Part shown: positions 30,001 to 46,109 of the stretch, piece by piece
Layout: every line of letters begins with the position of its first letter
Position numbering within the stretch: the stretch's first letter is position 1
Assembly: GCA_002104945.1 (NCBI GenBank)
Contig: MCFH01000028.1
Coordinates: 434,001 to 498,000, forward strand
Direction of reading: 5' to 3'
DNA length: 64,000 nucleotides
Source: Piromyces finnis finn
Lineage: Eukaryota; Fungi; Neocallimastigomycota
Notes under the pieces: generated by a model
Database searches by the model: none
The model's input: only the letters and a program-made list of their open reading frames with translations
Told to the model about the DNA's origin: nothing
Program-made: the position numbers and the translations under genes

Positions 30001-32899
30001 TATAAATTAATAGGAATCTTTATGGATGTTTAGAATTAAGGATTCAGAAATTTCAGTTCCATTTTTATTAGTAGGACAAGCTATGGAACCAAATATATAC
30101 ATGGATAGAGCTAGTATAAACTTTAATTCGATTTTAGTTGGTCATTTAAGAAAAGAAACCATTAATTTAGTTAATAGCGAAAATACCCCATTTAATTTTG
30201 CATTTATTGAAAATAATCTCAACAAAGAATTAACCAGTACGGTAAAATACTCACCAGTAAGTGGTGTTATTCAACCTCATTCTGAGGTTCCAATTGAAGT
30301 AATCTTTAGTCCATTGGAAGAAAAATTATACAATATTTGCTTAATTTGTAATGTTAAGAAAAAACCAACTCCTGTAAAAGTCAATATTAGAGGTGAAGGA
30401 TATGAGATACATGAAAAGTTAATAAGCGAAATAAGTGATAACAATATAATATCATTAACACCTGGAGATAAAGCAGAAAATATTATTGATTTTGGAAGAG
30501 TATATATAAATGAAAAGCATGTTAAAAAAATTATTATTAAGAATACTGGAAAATTTAATATTGAATATTCATGGAAATCCATCATATCAAAATATTCAAA
30601 CATTCTTTCAATTGTACCAGAAGTAGGAACTGTCATAAAAGGTGAAAAGGTTGTATGTGAAATCATATTTTCACCAAATAATAATATTAAATTAAAAAAT
30701 GTAAAGGCTTCATGCTCAATTATAAACGGAAATACATATAACCTAAAAATAAGAGGAATTGGTTGCTGTCCACTTTTGTCAATTGACAAACCATTTTTTG
30801 ATTTCGGTGTTAATTACATTAATCAGCAAAATTCAAAAAATTTATTTACAACATTCCAAATTATAAATAATGATACAAGAGAAATTTCATTTGAAATAAT
30901 ACCCCCAACAGATCCAGCATTTGAAGTTACTAATGATCTAACATGTCTTCTTCCTAATGAGGAATCGACAATTACTGTATATTTTAATCCAACAGAAGTT
31001 AGAGAATATAAAGATCAAATTAATATTGAAATCAATGGCTATATATCACAATCTATATTCTTAACAGGTGAAGGTTCAGAAGTTAGAGTAGAATTAGTTA
31101 ATTCTGATTTACAAAAAATATCATTTGGTGCAGTAAATATGAATAGTGTTAATACAAAAATTGTAAAAATAAGAAATAGAGGTGTTATTCCAGCTACATT
31201 TACTATTGGACCTTCTTTAGCACTAGAATCACTAATTACTAAATATGTTACAATAAATTATGAAAATATTCAAATAACTAGTAATCAAAATGAAATTACA
31301 ATGAAACCTAAAGATATTATATCAATAGAAGTTAATTTCCTACCAAAACAAAGAGTATTGGCATTTGATGAGGATATAGTATTTGATTTTAATTCTTTCA
31401 AGAAAAAGCTATTTTCAATATCAGGTGTCTGTCAAGGCATTGATATTAAACTAGAGAACAGTATTTTATCTTTCGGACCTGTTGTTCAACATAGTTCAAC
31501 AATAAGAAAATTAAATATTCAAAATGTTGGTGATATTGGAACAAGATTTTCATGGGATACAAGCAAGTTTTATCCTGATTTTACCATTAATCCTAGTGAA
31601 GGATATATATCTCCTGGAATAGATATACCAATTGAAATTACTTTCCATCCACAAAATGTTCAATCTGAAATTAGATATGAAAATTTAATATGTAACATTG
31701 AACATTATCACCCACTAAAATTAACATTAGTAGGTTCTTGCATAGTTCAACCGATTCAAAGTGAAATACTGAAATTTTCATGTCCTGTTCGCCAAGTGGA
31801 TGTTAAAAGTGTTATAATACAAAATAAAACACAAACTATATGGAATATTTCTCCAATAATTGAAAATAATAGTTGGTCTGGCCAAGATTCATTTGAAGTT
31901 GAACCTGGTCAATCTAAATCGTATGATGTAACTTTTAAACCATTAGAAATGAATGGAAAAGGAGAAAATGGAAGACATGAAGGTTCAATATTTTTCCCAC
32001 TTCCTGATGGTTCTGGTTTATTATATAAGTTAAGTGGAATTGCTGAAAAGCCTGTTTCTTCTGGAATTATATCTAGAGATGTTCCATGTAAAACAAATTA
32101 TTCTGAAACATTATCTATATCTAATTGGATGAAACGATCACAAAGATTTAAGGTTTCATTTGAATTATTAAAGCCTGATCCAGCAATAATTGTTAAAGGA
32201 AAAGAATATATTGATATCCCTGGCTTAGTTGAAAGAAAATATAAAGTTAATTTTTATTCATATAAAGAGGGAACTGCTAATATTAAAGTCATATTTAAAA
32301 ATGAAACAACTCAAGAATATATATTCTATAACTTAAATATAAGATCAACACCAGCAGGTGTTATTTCAACAATTGAAATGTCAACAACAGCAAGAGTTTC
32401 AATATTAAAAGAAATAGTAATATCTAATCCATTATCTACCATTGCATCATTCGTAACTTCATGTAATTCATCTGAAATTTCATGTTTGCATTCATTCCAA
32501 ATACAACCAAGGTATTTCTAAAATATATATATATATATATATATAATACAATACAATAATTAAGTAGTATTATATATTTATATTAAAAATACTAATGATA
32601 ATATTTTTATAGGTCTGATTATAAATTACAAATAGAGTACTTACCATTAATTCCAAAAGAAGTAGTATCAAATTTAACATTAAATAGTTCTGAGTTAGGA
32701 GTTTATTTATATGATTTAAAATTAAGTTGTTCAAATGCCAGTCTAGAAAGAAAATTGCAATTTAAGGTTCCTCTAGGATTAAATCAAGTTCAAACATTTA
32801 GGTTCTTAAGCTATACTAAAACTAAAACAGAATATTCATGTAAAATTGATAGTCCTGACTTTACTGTTGATAAGACAGTTATTGCTCCATCAGGTATTT

Positions 32900-32936
<37 letters not shown>

Positions 32937-33698
32937 GTATATTTTTAAAATATATATAATATAACTAACAACTTATTAAAATATATAGCACAAAATGGTG
33001 GCGTTGAAGTATGTGTAGATATAACATATGAACCATCAAAACTTGGTGATATAAGATCTACACTTGTAGTTTCTTCACCAATTGGAGGAGATTACATTTG
33101 TCCATTATTTGGGCATTGTGTTATCCCTAGACCTCAAGGTCCTATTCTTGTTAAATCTGGAACTGCATCATCTGTAATATTTAAAAATGTATTTACTACA
33201 CAAGCAGCATTTAATTATTCTATAGACAACCCTGCATTTACTATCAAAGCTACTGATACAATCGGATCAAAGAAAGTATGTAATATGTTAATTAATTTTA
33301 AACCTATAAATCCAAATCAAAATAGTATTAGCAATAATTCAGTATCAGGAGCTTCACAAAATAATTCAAATAATTCAAAACCTTCTACCAATAATAACAG
33401 TAATAATAATAATAATACTATTAATAATAGTATTATTAATAGTAATAATAATAATAATGGGAATAACAACAACAGCAATAACAATAATAATATTACCAAT
33501 AATAATAATAACTGTTGTTGTGGTAGTAGTAGTAGTAATAATAGTAATTGTGGTAGCAATAGCAGTTGTAGTTGTAATAATTATAATGGCAACTCAACAT
33601 ATAATTCAAGGGTATCAACCCCTTCAAAAATTGGAAAATTAACAATTACTCATCAAAGTGGTGTATCCTGGGTCTATTATTTAAAAGGAATGACATAA
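18020..33698 (+). CDS. HYDIN: HYDIN axonemal central-pair protein (roughly 4,500-4,800 aa, multi-exon)
   Basis: FQPFPSQIVLQNFIPFEKY near the N-terminus, and many Ig-like ASH/PapD-type repeats (F.I.P..G.I.P). There is an adenylate-kinase-like P-loop (VYGTPFSGKTT), a charged coiled region and the terminal GVSWVYYLKG. Introns are GT-AG; the largest exons are 21082-29931 and 30014-32511. Confidence 0.93.
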
Positions 33699-34008
33699 AC
33701 AAAAACCTTATGTTGAAAAAAAAATTATATTTATATATTAATATTTTTAATAATCAAATTCTAATATTATTTATTTATTTATTTATTTTTATTATTTAAC
33801 TTTCAATTTCAGAAAATATATAATTATATATATTACATATAATTAATTATATTAATAATGTTTTATTTAATTATTCAATTATACATAATAATAATCATAT
33901 TTTTTTAAAAAATATCTAAAATTATAATTAATACCCAAAACTATATGTTTATTTAATAAAAAAAATAAATATAATATAAAATTGTTTAATTTATGTCTTT
34001 TACAACAC

Positions 34009-34777
34009 TTATTTTTGTTTGTTGGTTAATACTTTCATAAAATCTTCTTGTTTAATATTTTTTATCTACGAATAAATTTAATATTAGTAATTGAAAAATA
34101 TTATTTTTTTTTCTTTTATATTTTATTTTTATACTTACTATATCATTATCTTTTTTTTCATTTTTTATATTATATATTCTTTTTAAAGCACATAAACCTG
34201 TTTTTCTAAACAATTCTTTTATATCAGCCCCACTATAACCATCAAGTTTCTCAGCTATTAATTTATAATTAACATCATCACTAATCGGCATATGTTTTCC
34301 AATAACTTTTAATATTGATTCTCTTTCAGCACAATCTGGTAAAGGAACGTGTATTAAATGATCAAGTCGACCTTCATTAAAAATTATATTATTTATTCAA
34401 ATTACTATTAAGCTTATTATAATTTGATACTTCATATATAATAAATTTTATTACCTGATCTTGTAATTGATGGGTCCAAAGCTTTTACATTATTTGTTGC
34501 ACCTAATATAATTACTTTATATTGACCAGAATTTAATTCATCTAATTGTAATATTAATTGTGATGAAAGCTTAAAAAATATATAATAAAATATTAATATT
34601 TACCATTAAGCTGTTAATTATTTTTATAAATATCAATTCCATACCTTTTGAACAATACTATTATCACCTTTTCTTTTTGAAAATAATGATTCTAATTCAT
34701 CTAAAAAAATTATTGAGGGTTGAGTACTTTTTGCTAAATCAAAAAAATTCTTAATTGCTTTTTCTGATTGCCCAACC

Positions 34778-34809
<32 letters not shown>

Positions 34810-36444
34810 GTATTATTATTAAAAAGTACATTATAAAAATAATCTTACTTCTCCTTTAACTAAATCTGATATATTAATAAGAATAAATCTTGAATGAATT
34901 TTTGTTGCAATAGCTTTTGCTAAAAGAGTTTTACCAGTACCAGGAGGCCCATATCTAATATATTCGTAAAAATTTATATTAATTTATCAAAATGTCATAA
35001 AATATATACAAATACTATATTAATATTTACAATAAAACTCCTTTTGTTGCCTGAATTCCTAAACGATCAAATGCTTCAGGATTATTAAAATACCAAATTA
35101 CTGATTCTTCAATATCTTCCTATATAATATTAGCATACCATATTATTAATATTTATATTAGTATCATTAATTATTATATATATACCTTTATTTTATCAAG
35201 ACCACCGATATCTTCCCATTTAATTGATTCATTTATTGATGAATCATAAGAATTTTTAATATTATTATTTAAAACTTTATTAATTGCATTCACAAATTTT
35301 GTTTCTATAAATAAAATTGTTTAATATAAATATAGGTTGATAATTAATACTTTATTATTATTATTATTATTAAAAGTTACATTATAAAAAATTATTAATA
35401 TCAAAATAATAATTTTTACATTACCTAAATTACTATCTGTAGTATTTTGAATAACAAATTTACAAACAGTTAAAATATCATTATATGAAAATCCTTTACA
35501 TAAATTTGCTATTTTTTTTAAATCAATTGAGTGTATATCATATTCATTTAAATAATTTTTAAATATTGAAATTGTAGCTTCAAGTGAAGGATTTTTTATG
35601 TCTATAAATTCCTATAGCAAAAAGCATTATACAATATATGCATTAATATTATATAATATAAACAAAAAGAAAAAAAATCTTTGTAATAAAATTTTTTGGA
35701 TTTACTTACTTCAAAATAATTTTTTACTATTGGATGTATTTCATCTATAGAGTTTGTTTTCCCTATCTAATAATTTAAATTTTAAATGGTTAATTATTAA
35801 TTATTAAATTAATTTTTTAAGATTTCGATAGAAAATAAATACTTTACTATTATTATTTCATTTTTATATCTTTTTGCATTTTCAAGGAAACAATAAACAA
35901 ATTGACAATTTGAAATATTATTATTAAATATTTCTTCACAATTTTCAAAAATTACTTTTTAATAATAAAATATATTAATAACAATTAATTAATATATTCA
36001 TATCAATATACAATAACAATTTTGGAATGTTTATAATTACATATTGAAGGTTTGCATCTATAAGCATATTCAAAATAATTATTTAAACAAGTTTGAACTT
36101 GTAATGGGTATCTAAGAAGCATATCTGCTAAGCTGACATAAACAATCTTCAACATTAATTAAAATTATATATAAATTAAATTATCATTATTAATATCATC
36201 AGTGTTGTCTTTGATGTAAAATTTTAACTATTAATTCTTGTAACTACTATAAATGATACAATTAACATACTTCATAATCTTTGTAATTATTTAATAAATT
36301 ATTTACATAATAGGTTTTTCCTTTTAATAATAATTTAAATAATTTAAAAAGTTAGCATATTATTGTTAATTAATATAAAATTATAAACAATATATTAATA
36401 CCCGTTCCATTGATAAGTAATGATTTTTTTGACAGTAGCTTCAT
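34009..36444 (-). CDS. CDC48/AFG2(SPATA5)-like AAA+ ATPase with degenerate D1 and intact D2 (multi-exon)
   Basis: D2 reads WEDIGGLDKIKEDIEESV...[26 protein letters not shown], with [22 protein letters not shown] and DGYSGADIK. D1 has LLINGTGKT and VIFENCEEIF. Start and some D1 exon limits are approximate. Confidence 0.8.
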
Positions 36445-36517
36445 TTTAATTTTTAGTATTAATTATTAATGATACTATTATTTAAGATTATTACATTTTA
36501 TAATAAATTTTATTAAA

Positions 36518-36524
36518 CACGTGA
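36518..36524. promoter_or_regulatory. E-box (CACGTG; TCACGTG on the minus strand) in the short divergent AAA-ATPase/thymidylate synthase intergenic region
   Basis: An exact CACGTG sits near the middle of a 163-bp, otherwise nearly pure-AT head-to-head spacer (36445-36607). It matches the bHLH (Cbf1-type) consensus. Confidence 0.3.
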
Positions 36525-36607
36525 TATAAATTAATATAAATTTTCTTTTGTTTTTTTTTTAAGAAAAAAAAAATATTAATAAAAGCTATAAATTATTAAA
36601 TAATAAA

Positions 36608-37780
36608 ATGAGTACAAAAGAAGTTGAGGAAAAAATAGAAGATCAATCAATTATAGAAAATGAAGAAGAAATGCAATATTTAAATCTTATAAAAAAAATT
36701 ATAAAGGAAGGAGAATTAAGAAATGATAGAACTGGTACAGGTACTCGAGCAATATTTGGACCAAATCCATTAAGATTTTCTTTGAAAGATCATTTTCCTT
36801 TATTAACAACAAAAAAAGTATTTTTTAGAGGAGTAGCAGAAGAATTGTTTTGGTTTATTAGAGGTGATACTGATTCAAAAATATTATCAAAAAAAAATAT
36901 TCATATTTGGGATGGAAATGGTTCTCGTGAATTTCTTGATAAAATTGGATTAACAAATAGAGAAGAAGGGGATTTAGGACCAATATATGGTTGGCAATGG
37001 CGTCATTTTGGTGCTAAATATATAGATTGTCATACAGACTATACAGGACAAGGAAAAGATCAGCTTCGCGATGTTATTGACAAAATTGTTAATAATCCAA
37101 CAGATAGAAGAATAATCATGTCTGCATGGAATCCAGCAGGTAAATTTTATTTTCCTCCCTTTTTTTTAAAGTATATTTATATAAATTATAATAGCAATAA
37201 AAATAAAAATAATAATAATAATTATTTTAATAATAATATTTACAATATTTTTATTATGATTATTAATTGGTTTTCTATAATAAATTTATTTCTAGATTTA
37301 TCCGATATGGCATTACCACCATGTCATATGTTTTGTCAGTTCTTTGTTTCAAATCCAGAAACTGACCCAAGTTTATCATGCATTCTTTATCAAAGATCAT
37401 GTGATGTTGGATTGGGCGTACCATTCAATATTGCCAGTTATTCCTTATTAACATGTTTAATTGCCCACGTAATTGGAATTAAACCTGGAACTTTTATTCA
37501 TGATATGGGAGATACTCATATATATAATAATCATATTGAAGCTCTCCAAGAACAAATTAAAAGAAATCCAAGACCATTCCCAAAGTTAATTATAAAAAAG
37601 AAAGCTTCTAATGAAGATATTGAACCAAAAAAGAAATTACAAAAAATTTCAGATAACAAAATAAAAACGAAAAAAACTGTAGATCAAATACTCAAAGAAC
37701 TAGAGGAATTTACATACAAGGACATTGAAATTATTAATTATAATCCACATGATAAAATCTATATGAAAATGTCGGCATAA
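36608..37780 (+). CDS. CDC21: Thymidylate synthase (2 exons; intron 37140-37295)
   Basis: [84 protein letters not shown] and GDTHIYNNH. Confidence 0.97.
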   Translation: MSTKEVEEKIEDQSIIENEEEMQYLNLIKKIIKEGELRNDRTGTGTRAIFGPNPLRFSLKDHFPLLTTKKVFFRGVAEELFWFIRGDTDSKILSKKNIHIWDGNGSREFLDKIGLTNREEGDLGPIYGWQWRHFGAKYIDCHTDYTGQGKDQLRDVIDKIVNNPTDRRIIMSAWNPAGKFYFPPFFLKYIYINYNSNKNKNNNNNYFNNNIYNIFIMIINWFSIINLFLDLSDMALPPCHMFCQFFVSNPETDPSLSCILYQRSCDVGLGVPFNIASYSLLTCLIAHVIGIKPGTFIHDMGDTHIYNNHIEALQEQIKRNPRPFPKLIIKKKASNEDIEPKKKLQKISDNKIKTKKTVDQILKELEEFTYKDIEIINYNPHDKIYMKMSA

Positions 37781-38035
37781 ATAACACCTAATTTATTAAA
37801 AATATTAAAAAAAAAAATAATGTACATAATGTATTTTGAAATTATAACCACACCATTTTTTTAATTAATTCTTTTTTATTGAAATTTTGTTAAATAAATA
37901 AAGTATATAAATAATTATTTTATAAAAAGAAATTAATATATATATATATGTCTATTATAAATATGTCTATCATAAAAAATAATAAGAATAATAACTAGTA
38001 AATTAAATTATATTTTTATATAAAATTTAAACTAA

Positions 38036-38961
38036 CTATTCAGATTTTTGTTTTTTGTTATTATTTTCACTTTTAGTATTTTGTTTTCTTTTTTTAGAAT
38101 TATTTATCATGTCTTGCTTATGTAATATCTTTTGCTTATCATATTTACTCATTGTATTAATGGTTTTACGTTGTATTGGTCTATTTCTTAATTTTTTCTT
38201 CATTTCTTTTGTTGGTTTTTTTAATTCTAACATCCAATCAGGAACATCACAACCAGAACTTTTCATAACATTTACAATACTATATTCCAAAAAAAAAAAA
38301 AAAAAAAAAAAAAAGAAAAAAGAAAAAAAAGAAAGAAATTAATATTAAATAATTAAAATAATATATATATTATGTTTATTATTATTTTACCTTTTTAAAT
38401 AAGTTACATCATCCCTAGAAAAGAATGTAACAGCCTCACCATCTCTTCCTGCACGACCTGTTCTACCAATTCTATGAATATAACTCTGAACACTTTGTGG
38501 GAAATCATAATTAATAACAAGTTTTACACCCTTAAAATCCATACCACGTGCCATCAACTCAGTGGTAATTAATACCCAGATTTTCCCTATTCTAAAGTTA
38601 TTAACAATATTATCTCTCTTTATATAATATTATTTAATTATTAGAATATTATTATTTATTATAAAAAAAAAATAGTATATAATAAAATATTTCGTGCTTA
38701 CTTGTGCTTTAGTTCTTTCAGAGTGTATAACATCAACATTAATTCCATCATATACTAATTCATGGAAAAGTTCTTTTGCTCTTTCTACAGATTGAACAAA
38801 TATTAATACTGGAGGTTTTAAACCGCTTTGAATCATCTGTCGTATTTCAATTAATTTTCCTTCTTCACCACCAACATACACTAATTTTTGCTTAATGGTT
38901 TCTGTAGCTGCATTTCTTTGAATATACAATAATTATTCATTTTAATATGTTAGTTTAAAAC

Positions 38962-39005
<44 letters not shown>

Positions 39006-40560
39006 TATAAATTTCACTAACTTTTGACCAATAACAATTCTTATTGGGTCTTTCATAATTGTTCTAGCAATTGATTCAACACCAGAATGAATAGTAGCAC
39101 TAAATAAGGATGTTTGTAATGTTGGTGAATTACATGCTGCAATAATTTCATCCATTTGTTCTAAGAAACCTAATTCAAGTAATCTATCGGCTTCATCAAG
39201 AACTAATTGTTGAACACTATTAAAAATAATATTATGTTACTTTTGTTATTCATTATAGCATATAAAAATTAAAAATAAAAAAAGTATTTAAAAATAATAA
39301 ATAATAATATACCCATCTAATTTAATTGATTCATGTTGAATTGCATGAACTAAACGAAGAGGTGTACTAATTAAAATATCTATTTAATTAAAATATATTA
39401 ATATTATTTTCAATAAAGAATACATAATTTTTAATATTATAATACCAAAATTTTTATTATATCCAGTTTCAGTGTTTAAATTAGTTGCTTTAGAAAGTAA
39501 GCAAAAACGGAATGGTTTACCCTTAGCAATCATTTGAAATTCCCTATAAATCTTTTAAATAATATAATATATATTGTATTTAATCTCTATTAAAGAATTT
39601 TATTTTATTTTATTTAAAAGATTAAGAAAAACACTAACTTGTTGTGCCAATTCACGAGTAGGTGATATAATAACAGCACGAAAACCTTTTTTCATTGGTG
39701 ATTTTAAAATATGTAAAATAGGTATAATAAATGACAAAGTCTTACCAGAACCTGTTGGGGAACAAGCAATTAAATCTCTTTTCTTTGTTTTAAATTAATA
39801 ATTATATTAATATTATTTATCAATATTATTTTATATATTATTAATATATATAATATATATACATGGAGCATAATTGTTGTTGCTTGCATTTGAATTGGAG
39901 TTGGCATATTAAAACCATTATCTTTAAGATTATTTTCAAGATATGGTTTTACATTATATCTTTTTTATAAAATAATAAAAAAAAATTAATATATATTATA
40001 TATATTAAACATAAATAATAGTATTTGATATTTACATTGTTTTTAAATCTTTAAATGATTGAATTGGATTTGGAACATCTGTACCATAAATTTTAATTTT
40101 ATGGTTTAATCTGAATTTCTGAACCTGATAATAAATTTAATTATCAAAATATTAGTTAAAATTATATTTTTAATATTATATTTTAAGACATTAATACATA
40201 CTTCACTTTGATTTGAAAAATTAATTTCTGGTTCTATATCATTTTCTTTAAAAAAAAAAAAAAAGGGGGGATTTTTTAATATTTGAAATAACATCTTTAC
40301 AACATAAATTTTTTTTTTATATATTTAATATAATAATAAAATTTAAAATTAAATATTTACCATTTGTTTCTTCCACCTTTTTTTCTTTTTTATTTTTATC
40401 CTTTTTAACTTCTTTATTCTCTTTTGCCGTTTTATTCGTATTAAAGAAATCTAACTCCGGAACAGCGGATTCCTCTTCAACATCGACAGTATCTTTTATC
40501 TCTTCAATATTTGTTGATTTATTCTTTATTTTAATAAGTAATGATAAAATTGTAAAGAGG

Positions 40561-40608
<48 letters not shown>

Positions 40609-40795
40609 TTAAATAATTAAACTTCAATACTTTATTTTAAGATTTTAAGATTTTAAAATTTAAATTTGTTTTATTTAATAATTGAAATTAAAAAAATTAT
40701 AAAATGAAATAAATTACCTTAAAGATATCAATATCCTCTTGAAAACGTTTTGAATTAAACTTTGTTCCTTTTCCCAATAATTTAAAAAAATCCAT
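38036..40795 (-). CDS. ROK1: DEAD-box RNA helicase ROK1/DDX52 (multi-exon)
   Basis: [18 protein letters not shown] start, [78 protein letters not shown] and GCDVPDWML. Confidence 0.95.
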
Positions 40796-40841
40796 ATTTA
40801 TTTAATATAAAAATTTTAGTTAAATAAAAAAATAAAAAAAA

Positions 40842-40875
<34 letters not shown>

Positions 40876-42613
40876 TATATTATACCAAAATATAGCTAAT
40901 ATATTGGTTTAATGGTTATTAAAAAATAAAAAATTAAAAATAAAATTATTTTTTGAATTGGTTAAATGAGGAATCGAACCAGTATCATTTACTTGGATAT
41001 TAATCAATTAAAATATAAAAATGTAGAAATTTAAATAATATAATTAAAATTTAAGCAATATAAAAGAAGTATTAGTAATTCTTATAATATTTTGGTAAAT
41101 AATATTTAACAATATATTATAATAAATATAACAGTTTTAAATATGTATTAATAATAAATAATTGTATAAATAATAATTATAATATTACTCAATAAATAAA
41201 AATAAAATGAACAAAATATTACTAAATCTCATCAATTTTTTATATATTTATTAATTACTAATTCATATTTAAAACAATTATATTTATTATAATAATAAAC
41301 TATTATTCTTAAAATTATTATTACTTATTCTGTAATGCTTAATTTTAATTATAATGTTTAAATTATTGAATTATTAATTTTATTTATATTACACTAGTTA
41401 CAAATTGATCTGGAGTTTACATAAGAAATTGTGTTTTCTTCGTATCATGCAATACCAATACCATTTTTTAAAAATAAATAATCATTAATCAATAATTTAT
41501 CCTATACCATTTCTTACTAAATTTCTAAATAAAATAAAACTCTACTAGTAGATAAATAAATAAATTTTAAATAATCTATTTTTGTCGATTTACCTATACT
41601 ATTCTATCAATTAGATGTTTTTTTAACCCTAGAGACCTGCTGTAATTATAAGGCTAGGTATGAAAAGTATCTTAAATATTCTATAGAAACCTTTTAACTT
41701 AAAAAAATATTTAATTGTGTAACAATTTCTGAATTAAATATAATTATTAATTGTCATAAACTCATACTTTTATATTAAATAATTGTAATTATTTCTTTTT
41801 ATCTATTATTATATATTTATTAAAACTACACATAAATCCTTTTGTCTCACCATTTATAAAAAAAAAAATAAAATAAATATAGTACTTAGTAGAAATCTAT
41901 TAAAAATTATTTTATAACTATTATTTAACATCATTGTTATACGAATGAAAATATTTATAAATGAATGATAATTAAAATAAAACTAAATGAATTATTAAAT
42001 TATGAATATTTTGATATACAATATCTTAATATAATATATATTTTTTTAAATAAAAAGGGTTAATAACAATATATATGTTCATATATTCTTATAACAATAT
42101 ATATATTATTATTAATCTTTTATTTAAAAAATATATATATTATATTATCATAAAACTAGCTATCTAAAAAAAAAAATAAAAATAAATTATATTATATCTA
42201 TTATAATCTATCTAAAATGAATATATAATTATTATATTAGTATTTTTATTTGCAAACAAATATCAAATTAATTGTTCTCTTATAATTTACTATTTAAAAA
42301 AAAAAAATAAGTATATAATCTTTTAAAAAATTTAATTTTTTAAAAATAAATAGGAAAATTTTTATAGTTATATATTAATTAATTATTACTAAATATATAT
42401 TTGATATTTGGAAAAATTTAAAATGAAAAACTATGAAATAATTTTATACTTGAAAAATATTTTTAATCTATGATATATATATTTGTATACATGAATAATT
42501 ATATAAATAAAATTAAAAATTTATTAATAAAATTAAAATTATAACTACTTAAGAAGTAACTTAAGAAGTAATTCGGAAAATCATTCGCTATTCATTTATA
42601 ATTAATAAGAATA

Positions 42614-45387
<2,774 letters not shown>

Positions 45388-46109
45388 TTCTTTGATGCTT
45401 CAAAAGGCACTATTCTATAAAAGTATAAAAATGTATAAATAAATAATTACAATTTATAATATTAATATCTATTAAATAGTTTATATATAATTATAATTTA
45501 ATAAGGATAGTAAAATAATTACAATTTAATAACATTTTATTAGATAAGATATTTTTTCTTAATATTTACTAATGTAAATAAAAAATAATAACAATAATAA
45601 TAAAAAAATTAATTTTTATTTATTAATATATGTTAATGTTATTTAATATGTTAATTCAATAATTAAGAGGAAAATTTAATTATAGTAATTTATTCATAAT
45701 AATTCTCATTAATAAGATATTTTTTAATTTTTATTAAAAATTTGTATTTTTAATATATATTTCTTATAATATTATAATTATTATTATAGAAATATGCTCA
45801 ATTATTATATTTCATAAGTAATATTTATCATTCTGAATGTATAATATAATAAACATAATCTAAAATAGAGTAATTTAAAATATATATATAATAGATATAA
45901 CCACAAAATAAAATGTACATTTTATAATATTAAATATGTAAATATGATTATTGATTTTTTTTTTTTTTTTTTTTTTTTAGACTAGGATACACTTCTTATT
46001 GTATTTATTTATTTAATTGAAATATTATATAATATTAGGTGATAATACATATTGATATAATAAATAATAAATAAAAATAATAAAATATATGTATATAAAT
46101 ATAAATATA

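Noticed and set aside
33317-33642. Poly-Leu and poly-Ile/Val ORFs (33317-33559 minus, 33457-33642 plus)
   Set aside because: They are alternate-frame readings of the AAT/AGT repeats encoding the HYDIN Asn-rich insertion.
40563-40606. Very long A/T homopolymer runs in introns (also near 6518, 8409, 38965)
   Set aside because: They are ubiquitous throughout the window, typical of these genomes, and their lengths are unreliable in assemblies.
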